Positions 18,607-27,485 of a DNA stretch of 64,000 nucleotides are shown in pieces. A model generated the notes under the pieces. The model was given only the letters and a program-made list of their open reading frames with translations. It had not been told where the DNA came from and made no database searches. The stretch comes from a virus. Lineage: Duplodnaviria; Heunggongvirae; Uroviricota; Caudoviricetes. Location of the stretch: the IMG/VR virus record IMGVR_UViG_3300025693_000001; one strand, 5' to 3'. Both the position numbers and the translations under genes were made by a program. Within the stretch, counting starts at the first letter, position 1. Each line of letters begins with the position of its first letter.

Positions 18607-20726
18607 TATCGTGGCATCCGTTCGAAAATTTCTGTTACAGAGGCAACACCATTACGATCTTTTAGATCATATACAGTCAATGGTGTAGTACCGTCGTCGT
18701 CGTATACTGTTAGTGTGAATGCGTTTTCATCAATCTTAGTTCTGTTTGTATCGTATTTTTGAATGTCAGCTACGATAGACAGGATGTTAACCAGTCCACT
18801 ATCTTGGATATCCAAGTGGCTATTTATCGTCTCATCGATAACAACCGCACTACCGTTACTGTTATCAGTTACAGTCGCATGTCCACGTATAACGATAGTC
18901 CCCGCCGTAACGGTACTATCCAGTATCACCTGTCCACTCGCAACATCAAGCGATGCATCTTGTGCTTGTGATTTGTTTGTCAATTTGATACCACCGTTGT
19001 ATCCACGAAATGCTACACTAACAGGCGCATAGTTGAAATCAAATTCCGGCGTGCCAGTTCCAGGTACGCCGCTATAACAACTAAGAAAGTGTGAAGTTTG
19101 CGTGCCAGTGAATTGTATAGTTCCTGGATTTATCATGGTCTGGTGGAATAACCCTTGCACATTAAACAAGTCTTCGACCATACAGTCACGAACATCAATC
19201 CACCCATCGAACGTGCCTTTCAGTGATGCGTTTGAAAATTGACTGAAACTAGTGCTAGCTCCATCATTGATAGTCACCTCACTTTTGGTGCTGTGTGCAC
19301 CTTCAACCCAAAATCCGTCCAGGATTGCTGTTGCTGGCACAATAACGTCTTCAGCTACTTTTATGTGATATATGCCCTCAGTTACACCGATGGTTATAGC
19401 ATCCAGCATGTTATTAACTGGGTGTGCCGGCGTTCCAAGTGGATATGCGGTACCTGCCACACCAGCATTCGCGTCAACACTGATCGCACCTTGGAAATTT
19501 ATCACCCGAACAGCTTCACCAAACGAACCATCGACAACACCATTGACTGGTACCTGCCACACTTCTTGAGGGATAACACTAATTAAATCAGCGATGCCTT
19601 TCGTTTCTGCGTTCACGGTTTCATCAATCACATTGGCCGTTCCCGTTGAATTGTTGACAACCGTACACACACCACGTACAACAAAGGTTCCTGCTGTTAT
19701 CGATGGTGAAAATATAACTGTACCGGAATCAATATCAAGAGAGTTGTTGACTGTCGTATCCGTACAATTGGTAAGCTCCAATCCACCCTTGTAACCACGC
19801 AACGCAATTGATTGTCCAGATCCACCCATGTCGATTATTGGGCGGGTGTCATTTCCAGCGATTCCCGAATAACAATCCAGTAATGTTGCTTGGACGTTTC
19901 CACCCAAAGTAATGGTGCCTAGTAGTGCAGATTGAAACATGAATCCATTAATGTGCATCATATCACCAACAGCACACTGACGTATGAGGTTGTTGTTATC
20001 CAAAACACCAGTAACGTATATGTTAACAAATTCACACTTTTCAACGTTTGCACCATCCAATACAGTAAGCGTTGAAGCGACTGGATTGTCCCCACGGAAT
20101 ATGTATCCAGATGAATAATCGATCGATGATAATGTTTCAGAGTCGACAATGTTAAACACCCGCAGTCCGCGATTTTCCGCAATTGCTGTTGCATCTGCAA
20201 GTGAACTAGCTGGGTATTGGCGTGTACCGACTGGGAATGTAGTCCCACCAAATGCGGAATTTGTGTTTACCGTGACTGCCCCATCAAATGAAGCGGCCTG
20301 CAATGAATTCAAATCCTGCAATCCAGCACTATTGGATGATCGTACTGATACGTTGTTCACGTTCACCACATCACCAACATTCGAATTTGCACCAACTAAG
20401 TTTATAGCATATGGTCCATCTTCAAACGTAACAGTGTATCCATTGATAATTTCAATTACACGAGCTAGTGTGGCACCACCAACAGTAACGGTTGTGTTGT
20501 GTTGGTGTGTGCGCTCGAATGCCATACCATCAGAGCTATCCTCCAATGATTTCAGAGCCAACCGAAAAACGTCCAAATCTAGTTGGCGAATTTCAGTTGG
20601 TTGGGTTTGGATTTGGATTGACGCGAACTTTGGGACAAAGATAACCTTCGACCCCCAGTATATCGTTATGTCGTCCTGAACGTAATCATCCGCTGTATAA
20701 CCATCTTCTACGTATAATGTAGCCAT
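18606..20726 (-). CDS. Putative virion protein with internally duplicated beta-helix-like domain
   Basis: 706 aa; two copies of F.GA..V...GT..P.GT...P and CYSG..G...RGY.GG..LTN blocks. Confidence 0.65.
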   Translation of the reverse strand: MATLYVEDGYTADDYVQDDITIYWGSKVIFVPKFASIQIQTQPTEIRQLDLDVFRLALKSLEDSSDGMAFERTHQHNTTVTVGGATLARVIEIINGYTVTFEDGPYAINLVGANSNVGDVVNVNNVSVRSSNSAGLQDLNSLQAASFDGAVTVNTNSAFGGTTFPVGTRQYPASSLADATAIAENRGLRVFNIVDSETLSSIDYSSGYIFRGDNPVASTLTVLDGANVEKCEFVNIYVTGVLDNNNLIRQCAVGDMMHINGFMFQSALLGTITLGGNVQATLLDCYSGIAGNDTRPIIDMGGSGQSIALRGYKGGLELTNCTDTTVNNSLDIDSGTVIFSPSITAGTFVVRGVCTVVNNSTGTANVIDETVNAETKGIADLISVIPQEVWQVPVNGVVDGSFGEAVRVINFQGAISVDANAGVAGTAYPLGTPAHPVNNMLDAITIGVTEGIYHIKVAEDVIVPATAILDGFWVEGAHSTKSEVTINDGASTSFSQFSNASLKGTFDGWIDVRDCMVEDLFNVQGLFHQTMINPGTIQFTGTQTSHFLSCYSGVPGTGTPEFDFNYAPVSVAFRGYNGGIKLTNKSQAQDASLDVASGQVILDSTVTAGTIVIRGHATVTDNSNGSAVVIDETINSHLDIQDSGLVNILSIVADIQKYDTNRTKIDENAFTLTVYDDDGTTPLTVYDLKDRNGVASVTEIFERMPR

Positions 20727-20729
20727 GAA

Positions 20730-21434
20730 TTAGGTCCAGAAATCTGGTGCACGTTGTTTCGTACCAATTCCCGTCGATTGGTAATGTACATCAACAAAGT
20801 GTATAAACGGATCCGGTACGCTACCACCCGACACAGTCATGTCGTTTGAGTCTAAGTATACCCGTGCCAAAATGACACCATCCGGCTCCAATGCATTGGT
20901 ATCCAACTGCACAGCACTCCCACCCGGGGTTGATGCTGCCGTTTCAGCTACCATGTGTTGATATTGTATGGTGCTAGCAGCATCAATAACCGATATGTTT
21001 GCCGGTACGTTGAATATTCCTTGGTTGTGTCCTTTTCCGTATACTGTCTCGAATCCGAACGTAACCGTGCCACCAGTGACAGTCGTTGAGTCGTGTGACC
21101 AATGAGCATGCATGTATATTGGAGTACCCACAACATAGTCGTGTGGGATGTGAAAATTTACGTGAGCTTGTTTTGATACAGCAAAACGCAATGCACGAAT
21201 TCCACCACGAAACGGTACCAACGCAGCTCTATCCACGTCATCGGCATATGTAGACATATGGCCAATAATATCGTGCCAAGGATATGTTGGTGTTCCCAAT
21301 GAGTCAACCTTAATCCCCGAATTCATCGTTTTTGGTATAGCTAAATTAACACCATCACGCAAATCGGTGAAGTTTTCATCCAGCTCGGCGTGTGTTAGTG
21401 CGGCACCTTTATCAGCTCTTGTTAATATCGTCAT
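20730..21434 (-). CDS. Putative virion/fibre-associated protein
   Basis: N-terminal R..KG.ALT.AELDENF motif as seen in phage fibre/baseplate proteins. Confidence 0.6.
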   Translation of the reverse strand: MTILTRADKGAALTHAELDENFTDLRDGVNLAIPKTMNSGIKVDSLGTPTYPWHDIIGHMSTYADDVDRAALVPFRGGIRALRFAVSKQAHVNFHIPHDYVVGTPIYMHAHWSHDSTTVTGGTVTFGFETVYGKGHNQGIFNVPANISVIDAASTIQYQHMVAETAASTPGGSAVQLDTNALEPDGVILARVYLDSNDMTVSGGSVPDPFIHFVDVHYQSTGIGTKQRAPDFWT

Positions 21435-21634
21435 TATCCAGTTGCCCCACCAGAGAACAGTTTAACCTGCAATGCTTGTAATTGTGTTGTGTGTAATTTG
21501 ATTTGGTTTTCCAATGCACCAATTCTCGTTTCGTATTGGGTTTCCAACTCACGATACATCGCACGAGTTGTTTCCGAATGGTCCTTTATTGCTATAACAT
21601 TCTTGCGTATAGCGTCTTCTTGTCCTGTACTCAT
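21434..21634 (-). CDS. Small coiled-coil protein
   Basis: 66 aa, coupled to the downstream gene. Confidence 0.7.
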   Translation of the reverse strand: MSTGQEDAIRKNVIAIKDHSETTRAMYRELETQYETRIGALENQIKLHTTQLQALQVKLFSGGATG

Positions 21635-21637
21635 ATA

Positions 21638-23329
21638 TTATTCATCCGAAATCATTAAAATTGTTAGTGTCAGCCCATTCGCTGAATCAATCGTACCACT
21701 AATGGAACTCTGTTTGTAATATGGTGCACCACTACTCTTTCTAGCCCAACCAACAATAGGTTGATCCGCAGTGTATGTTCGGGTGTCTTGAGCCTCACCA
21801 TTAGCATCGGAAAACGCTTTTATTATATCTGTTCCTACAGCTAGTGGTCCACCTGCTGCGGCTTCAACCAAAACGTTAACATCCGATGTTGTTATTAAAT
21901 TGTTGTCAGTGTCTTTGATCACCAATTTCAACGTAACGGGGTTTACGACAACCGTTACCACGGCTCCAGCCGTGCGAATTGATGGTGTTGTGGCTCCCGC
22001 CGATACGTTGATCGTGAGACTACCCGATATCACATTCACATATATCGCTTCGTTCCCAACTGACCCATCGGCAGCTGCGTAGGATCCAGCTTCATACGTA
22101 CTATTCCATACCATTGGTGAATCTGCGATGCTGGTCAATTCCACTGCATGTATCGTGTTATCGCTAGTAAACGCGCATGCATTTACCTTGGTGAGATCGG
22201 TAACCGACAGAGCGGCAACGGTTCCGACACTACCAATAACAGTACACTCAACCAAACCACCAAAACTTACCAACGTTGCTGTATCACACCCCGCCATCGT
22301 TGACGTTCTCATCACCGAGTTGGTAAGAGTAAACAACCCACAATTCTCAAATCTCGACGATTCGACTAACGTGGAGCCGTTAGTAAACGACACGTCCCCC
22401 ATATTGATAAACGTTGAACTGTCTATGCTGAGTGACATTGCCCCTCCGGTAACATCTTTTAGTTCTGCTCCAGTTGTCCCAACAGTTTTGCACACCAGGC
22501 CACTAACGTTGGATTCGGAGAACAACAGCCCACTGCTTTCAAATATCAATGCGTGGTGCGTATCTGATATCACCCGATCCAAAAACACCAACGTCTCCGA
22601 CTCTGATAAAAAATTCGTTACAGGGCCATCAAACGCATTGTCCTTACCGATTTGCAATGTGCCTTGAACGAAGAGCACACCATCCGTTTCTTGTATAACA
22701 CCATAATAATTTGCAGTCAATTTATCAACATCGGCAATATCCTGGAAATTAAACGTGGTTGATGCTGGGTCCAGAGCTACGCTAGTAGCTAACAATCCTT
22801 CTCCATACCGCACAGCGTCCAACCAAGTATTATCGATAATACGGATGGTACCAGAGTTGGAGTTGTCTGTTATCCACTCAATCGATTCAACAGCACTCAA
22901 CGTTAATGTGCCAACCGATGTTGAATGTATGTTTGCTGTGTTCGTCAAATCAAAGATGAAATTCTTCCAACTACCATCCCAGGTATCAGATCCAGCAACG
23001 TGCCACTGCACGAATTCACCCACATCATCCGTAACCTTTAACATAAGCCCCGAATTCGTAGCTCCGGTATTTAACAACTCCGTAAAAGGGAACACGTCAC
23101 ACCGCATAGTCCAGTATAAGTGTGGTGTGGTGTAATTTGCTGTCATATCGATACTTACAGCTGGTGTAAAAATCCCATTACCCGTACCATTCTTTCCCGT
23201 TTGGTACGTGAATGCACCCGTTCCTTGTTTAAAGGACTCCGTGTCCAGCTGACCCGATGTACCTGTCCAACCAGTGGTGGCATCTGCCACACTAACATCA
23301 ATAATTTGTTTGGTTACTACTATACCCAC
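21638..23329 (-). CDS. Putative virion protein (carbohydrate-binding-like plus beta-helix-like regions)
   Basis: 563 aa, GTG start with GGGGG SD; Thr/Ser/Gly-rich. Confidence 0.65.
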   Translation of the reverse strand: MGIVVTKQIIDVSVADATTGWTGTSGQLDTESFKQGTGAFTYQTGKNGTGNGIFTPAVSIDMTANYTTPHLYWTMRCDVFPFTELLNTGATNSGLMLKVTDDVGEFVQWHVAGSDTWDGSWKNFIFDLTNTANIHSTSVGTLTLSAVESIEWITDNSNSGTIRIIDNTWLDAVRYGEGLLATSVALDPASTTFNFQDIADVDKLTANYYGVIQETDGVLFVQGTLQIGKDNAFDGPVTNFLSESETLVFLDRVISDTHHALIFESSGLLFSESNVSGLVCKTVGTTGAELKDVTGGAMSLSIDSSTFINMGDVSFTNGSTLVESSRFENCGLFTLTNSVMRTSTMAGCDTATLVSFGGLVECTVIGSVGTVAALSVTDLTKVNACAFTSDNTIHAVELTSIADSPMVWNSTYEAGSYAAADGSVGNEAIYVNVISGSLTINVSAGATTPSIRTAGAVVTVVVNPVTLKLVIKDTDNNLITTSDVNVLVEAAAGGPLAVGTDIIKAFSDANGEAQDTRTYTADQPIVGWARKSSGAPYYKQSSISGTIDSANGLTLTILMISDE

Positions 23330-23349
23330 GTCGGGACCCCCATAATATT

Positions 23350-23386
23350 AGAAGAAATGGTGCACCTTCACGATGCACCACTCTTG
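23350..23386 (-). terminator. Probable intrinsic terminator
   Basis: TGGTGCA-loop-TGCACCA stem followed by a U-rich tail, downstream of the 569 aa gene. Confidence 0.55.
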
Positions 23387-23443
23387 TGTTTGTTGTTGGA
23401 TTCGAATTCCAACCGATTTTGCGTTTTGTATCAGAAGGACAAA

Positions 23444-25153
23444 CTACTCATCTGACGTTCTAATCGCAGTAATCGATGAGTTCGAACTTACAAACGAAGC
23501 AGAAGATATAAACTGCTTAATTGGAGTTCCACCACCATCACGCACGATAACAACCAAGTCACGATCGACGTTGTATACACCAGTAAAAGCAGCTGTTGTT
23601 CCAGTTGCTAACACATCGATATACGCAATCCACAAATTCGAACTAGCATCAACTTGATCACCACTAAAATCTGTAGATCCGATAGTAAACGTAGAACCAG
23701 TCCACGACGTGTAAGCAACCTCGCGGTATTTACCCGAAGCTAACAACACCCTAATGTCACCAGTAGCTGGTGTATCCGATGGAATTGCTGTAGTAACCAC
23801 AATAGACGTTACCGCAGCACCACTGATAATACTTGCCGTTGTTGTCAATTGTGATATATCGATAGCGGGGTTACCTTCGTTATCAGTAGAAACACCATCC
23901 CAAGGAGCAACTAAAACTCTATCTTCGGTGTTTACTAATCCAGCAACAGTAAATGTTACGTTGTTTGGAGGTGTTTGTTGTGCATTTGTTAGATCAAATA
24001 ATTTATCGGTAGCAACTACATCAGTAGTTTCCATACCAACACCATAAGCACCAATGATAGCAGAACCTGTTGACGCTCCGATGAAAGGCTTACTAATCAA
24101 AGCAGAACGATCCACAACAGTAATATTAACAGTTGCAGTTGCAGTTGATACACCGGTGATGATTTGACCATCCGTTGGTGCTATACCTGTTAACAACTGA
24201 ATCCACATCTTAGTACCAACCGTTGTGCTATCAATAGCCAACATTTGACCTGTACCACCAGTCCAACTAACAGCTTCAAACGCTGCGAATGTGCCTGTTG
24301 GTGTGTCAATGTCAATTTCGTGAGTAATACCACGGAACAATTCACCATTCAACCCATATAGTGTTGAAACAGAACCATCACGTGTTAGCCACTTCATTCT
24401 TTCGTAGAATTCATTGATTGTGTGAGCCGCTTTGTTCCACTCAGAGTAATAGTCTTCAGTGACACTGTTACCATTAATATCAAGTTCGACGAACCCCTCG
24501 GTTGTGTTGTCAATCGTTGTCCACCCTGAAACAGTACCTTCTATCGTTTCATTGTTTAAATCGTTTGCATCAACCAACGCGAATACGTTATTACCACGTG
24601 AAGTACCGTTGATCGAGAACTCACCATACGTATTACCAAACGAACGAGTTGTACCAATCAATCTACGACCGTCGATATCGGTACCAGCAGAACGAGTTTT
24701 AATCATCCATCTATGCGAAATCCCCTGAGCTGCATCAGCATTGATACCAACACCACCCTGGTTCCAATAATCGGATACCATAACAGCACCATCCTGGATA
24801 ACTTGAATCTGTACATCAGCGTTACCAAAGTTTACGATACCATCATAAATGACCTCAGTACCACCAGTACCCTGAATGATGGAACCATCATATAAATGTT
24901 CGGCAGATGTGTCATCTAAATTATACAACCCCAACAATTTGATAATGTTGTCAGTTGATCTTGCTGATGGTAGTTCGTCGGTGATATCAACCTCGTCATC
25001 ACCCACAGATGAAGCGTCATCCGCTAAATCTTGCAACCATCTATGAAATTCAATAACCGTCGCATACGTTGGTGAAGTAACATGGTTACCCCCAATATAT
25101 CTAATGTTACCTGTTGATCGAGTTACTTCCCAATCGCCTGCTACTATAGCCAT
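23444..25153 (-). CDS. Putative abundant virion protein
   Basis: 569 aa, AAGGA SD, late promoter cores at 25201-25206 and 25259-25264, followed by a terminator. Confidence 0.7.
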   Translation of the reverse strand: MAIVAGDWEVTRSTGNIRYIGGNHVTSPTYATVIEFHRWLQDLADDASSVGDDEVDITDELPSARSTDNIIKLLGLYNLDDTSAEHLYDGSIIQGTGGTEVIYDGIVNFGNADVQIQVIQDGAVMVSDYWNQGGVGINADAAQGISHRWMIKTRSAGTDIDGRRLIGTTRSFGNTYGEFSINGTSRGNNVFALVDANDLNNETIEGTVSGWTTIDNTTEGFVELDINGNSVTEDYYSEWNKAAHTINEFYERMKWLTRDGSVSTLYGLNGELFRGITHEIDIDTPTGTFAAFEAVSWTGGTGQMLAIDSTTVGTKMWIQLLTGIAPTDGQIITGVSTATATVNITVVDRSALISKPFIGASTGSAIIGAYGVGMETTDVVATDKLFDLTNAQQTPPNNVTFTVAGLVNTEDRVLVAPWDGVSTDNEGNPAIDISQLTTTASIISGAAVTSIVVTTAIPSDTPATGDIRVLLASGKYREVAYTSWTGSTFTIGSTDFSGDQVDASSNLWIAYIDVLATGTTAAFTGVYNVDRDLVVIVRDGGGTPIKQFISSASFVSSNSSITAIRTSDE

Positions 25154-25306
25154 GTGTATTATTCCTTTAAAATTATACTAGTTGTGTTAGACACATGCGG
25201 TATTTATGGTGAAATCTACCATCAGATTTGTCCCTTAAACACATATGCGCGTACCCACTATTTATGATGTGGTGTGTTTTACTATAAATAATATTTCACA
25301 ACAGGA

Positions 25307-25487
25307 ATGCAACAAACGAAAGTACAGGAGATGTTGGATAAGGAACGAGCAACGATGGGGTGTTAACAACGATAATACGAACGATAACACACCCAAACAG
25401 AAGCTATCGTCTGAATCACTGGGTGTGTTGGTGCATGACTTGGATGTGGCTGTAGAACTAAAAGACGGAAAAACAAAGAGGTGTTAA
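25307..25487 (+). pseudogene. Small late gene apparently split by one extra G (or frameshifted)
   Basis: Perfect TATAAATA at 25283-25290, ATG at 25307; removing one G from GGGG (25357-25360) gives a continuous 59 aa ORF. Confidence 0.4.
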
Positions 25488-26056
25488 CGCACCAGATGCG
25501 CGTCTCGCAATGCCACCACTGTTTTCATTAGGTGTTTGCACACACCTGGGGTATTTTTTATATTTGCCGGAGGTCTGCTGGTGCGTTTGTGGTATGGGGG
25601 TGGGGCTTTACCATCCAGACTATCGACTTTTGCGTTTTGTGTGGCGAAACGCCAATAAAAATCCAAACAATCACAGCTAACTTTACAGTTTGAGCGCTGA
25701 AGCATTATTGGTGATATGTGGGATTCACCACCTCCAACAGCTTTGAATGATACGTTTGCAGCTTGGTCATCTTCATGAAACTCAACACCATCGAATTGTA
25801 TCGTGGTTGTGTAGTTTGTTCCATCACTATTAACAGTAGACCTAACTGATAGAGTTTGGCTTTCCTCTGCTGGGATAAGCTCCATGCTAGTAACACGTAT
25901 AGTGTCCATAGCGTATTGACGCTTTGTTGTGGACGGAGTGAACTGCATCGTTTTCTGTTCCAATTCAACATACGGAGCTTCGACCAATTGCTCGATCCGC
26001 TCCATTTGCTGAAAGATACGTGCACCACGTATTAGGTTTAATTTATTGTTTTTCAT
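25484..26056 (-). CDS. SWIM-type zinc finger protein
   Basis: C-x-C-x-DF...GVCKH motif. Confidence 0.75.
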   Translation of the reverse strand: MKNNKLNLIRGARIFQQMERIEQLVEAPYVELEQKTMQFTPSTTKRQYAMDTIRVTSMELIPAEESQTLSVRSTVNSDGTNYTTTIQFDGVEFHEDDQAANVSFKAVGGGESHISPIMLQRSNCKVSCDCLDFYWRFATQNAKVDSLDGKAPPPYHKRTSRPPANIKNTPGVCKHLMKTVVALRDAHLVR

Positions 26057-26064
26057 CCACCTAT

Positions 26065-27177
26065 TTATGGTAGATTGTCACCACACACATCAATCACATC
26101 ATAATCACCATATAGTGGATACTGAATCTTCATGTATTGATCCACGACAGCTGTATATGGTACCTGTTTATCACCACGCGAATCTTGTCTTGATACCACA
26201 TCAGCACAAGAAACTGGGAATAACACGGCACGTATGGTATAGCCTTTTTTGCGGGCTTCGGTGATGAAGAAGTTTCTACGTTTGTTACCAATGTTCGTGT
26301 TGTCAACAATCAGGTCGTTACCAGTTTTAATTAACCGCATAAACTCGGCTTGTGTTTTGGAATTAAATTGTTTGTCATCACACGACAATTCGTACGCTTT
26401 GGCATAGTTTTCTGAATCATACCAATCATGACGTAACGCATCAAACGAGAAAACGTTGCTCTGTTTTTTATTGTTTTTTGTCCATGTTGATTTTCCGGAT
26501 CCAGACGCACCAATCAACATTGTTAGAACTGGTTTGCTTGGATCTGATTCGTGTATTATTTGAGCTGAATCGCCAGCTAGCGCTACCATGCTGTTGATCC
26601 ACCGTGTAGCTTGTGAGATGCTTGCTGGTCTATCGTCCTGTATCCGTCCCCTCGTATCCGCCATAATCAACTCACCAAATGCATCAGCCCACGTCAATTC
26701 ATTTATGGTTTGTGCTATTTTTTTCAACTTTGTTGGATTTTTGATATCCCAAGGTTTATGATATTCAATCATCCACCCAATTTTGTATATGTGACGAGGT
26801 TCCAAACCAAAAAGCTCAACAAGGCGAGTCCATTTGCTAGCAGCGTAATCCTCCCACAAACGAGCTGATATCAACTCATGTCCTGAGAATCTGTGATATT
26901 TTCCACGTTCTTCTGAGAATTTTTCAACTTTCGCGGTTGGTTTTCCGACATCATGGAACGCTAAAGCTATCGCACGTGCCACATCATCACGATCCCATTC
27001 TGTTTTATAAATAGAGCCGATGTAGTGAGCGACTACCATGTTTGTGTGAATAGCAACCGACTTTTCCCGATGCCAAGGGGAATTCTCAAACGTCGTCCGC
27101 ATTGTTTGGTATACAGGAAGTTCGTGTTGAATTTCACCATAAAACCAGGTAATGAAGTTGTGTTTTAAATCTATCAT
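26065..27177 (-). CDS. HD-domain phosphoesterase fused to P-loop polynucleotide kinase (HD-Pnk-like end-healing enzyme)
   Basis: PWHRE..V..HT, FHDVGK, GHE, H, AD..GR then GASGSGKST, DALR, IVDNTN. Start moved to the ATG at 27177 (ATGA overlap with the upstream stop). Confidence 0.85.
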   Translation of the reverse strand: MIDLKHNFITWFYGEIQHELPVYQTMRTTFENSPWHREKSVAIHTNMVVAHYIGSIYKTEWDRDDVARAIALAFHDVGKPTAKVEKFSEERGKYHRFSGHELISARLWEDYAASKWTRLVELFGLEPRHIYKIGWMIEYHKPWDIKNPTKLKKIAQTINELTWADAFGELIMADTRGRIQDDRPASISQATRWINSMVALAGDSAQIIHESDPSKPVLTMLIGASGSGKSTWTKNNKKQSNVFSFDALRHDWYDSENYAKAYELSCDDKQFNSKTQAEFMRLIKTGNDLIVDNTNIGNKRRNFFITEARKKGYTIRAVLFPVSCADVVSRQDSRGDKQVPYTAVVDQYMKIQYPLYGDYDVIDVCGDNLP

Positions 27178-27449
27178 CTTTTTTTGATCCAGTAATTGTA
27201 AGTGCCTTTCATCCAGGCAACGGTATAAAAAATACTCATAGCAAAAATTCCCCATTGGCTTGCTATGAATGTTGAGTACCACCAAAATGGTTGTCCCACT
27301 AACGCTATTAAGCAGGCATACTTTCTATGGTGATATCGATGATCTTGGCTGAGCCAAGCGGCAACTATACCGGTACACATTATAACCGTTTGGGATATAA
27401 CATCGAGTGTGATTTCCATTTGTAAGATGGATTGTATTAATTCATTCAT
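27174..27449 (-). CDS. Small membrane protein (PnuC-like/three-helix type)
   Basis: 91 aa, three hydrophobic helices, GQPFW...QWG motif. Confidence 0.6.
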   Translation of the reverse strand: MNELIQSILQMEITLDVISQTVIMCTGIVAAWLSQDHRYHHRKYACLIALVGQPFWWYSTFIASQWGIFAMSIFYTVAWMKGTYNYWIKKR

Positions 27450-27456
27450 CGCACCT

Positions 27457-27485
27457 ACGATACTAGGAACATATCGTTACATCAA
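27457..27485 (-). promoter_or_regulatory. Possible sigma70-type promoter
   Basis: TTGATG-17 nt-TATCGT just upstream of the membrane protein/HD-Pnk pair. Confidence 0.45.

Noticed and set aside
25245-25487. 80 aa plus-strand ORF as annotated
   Set aside because: Its start lies upstream of the plus-strand promoter and lacks an SD; only the 3' half looks protein-like.
27178-27285. N-terminal extension of the 406 aa ORF
   Set aside because: Overlaps the upstream membrane gene; the ATG at 27177 gives a normal ATGA coupling.
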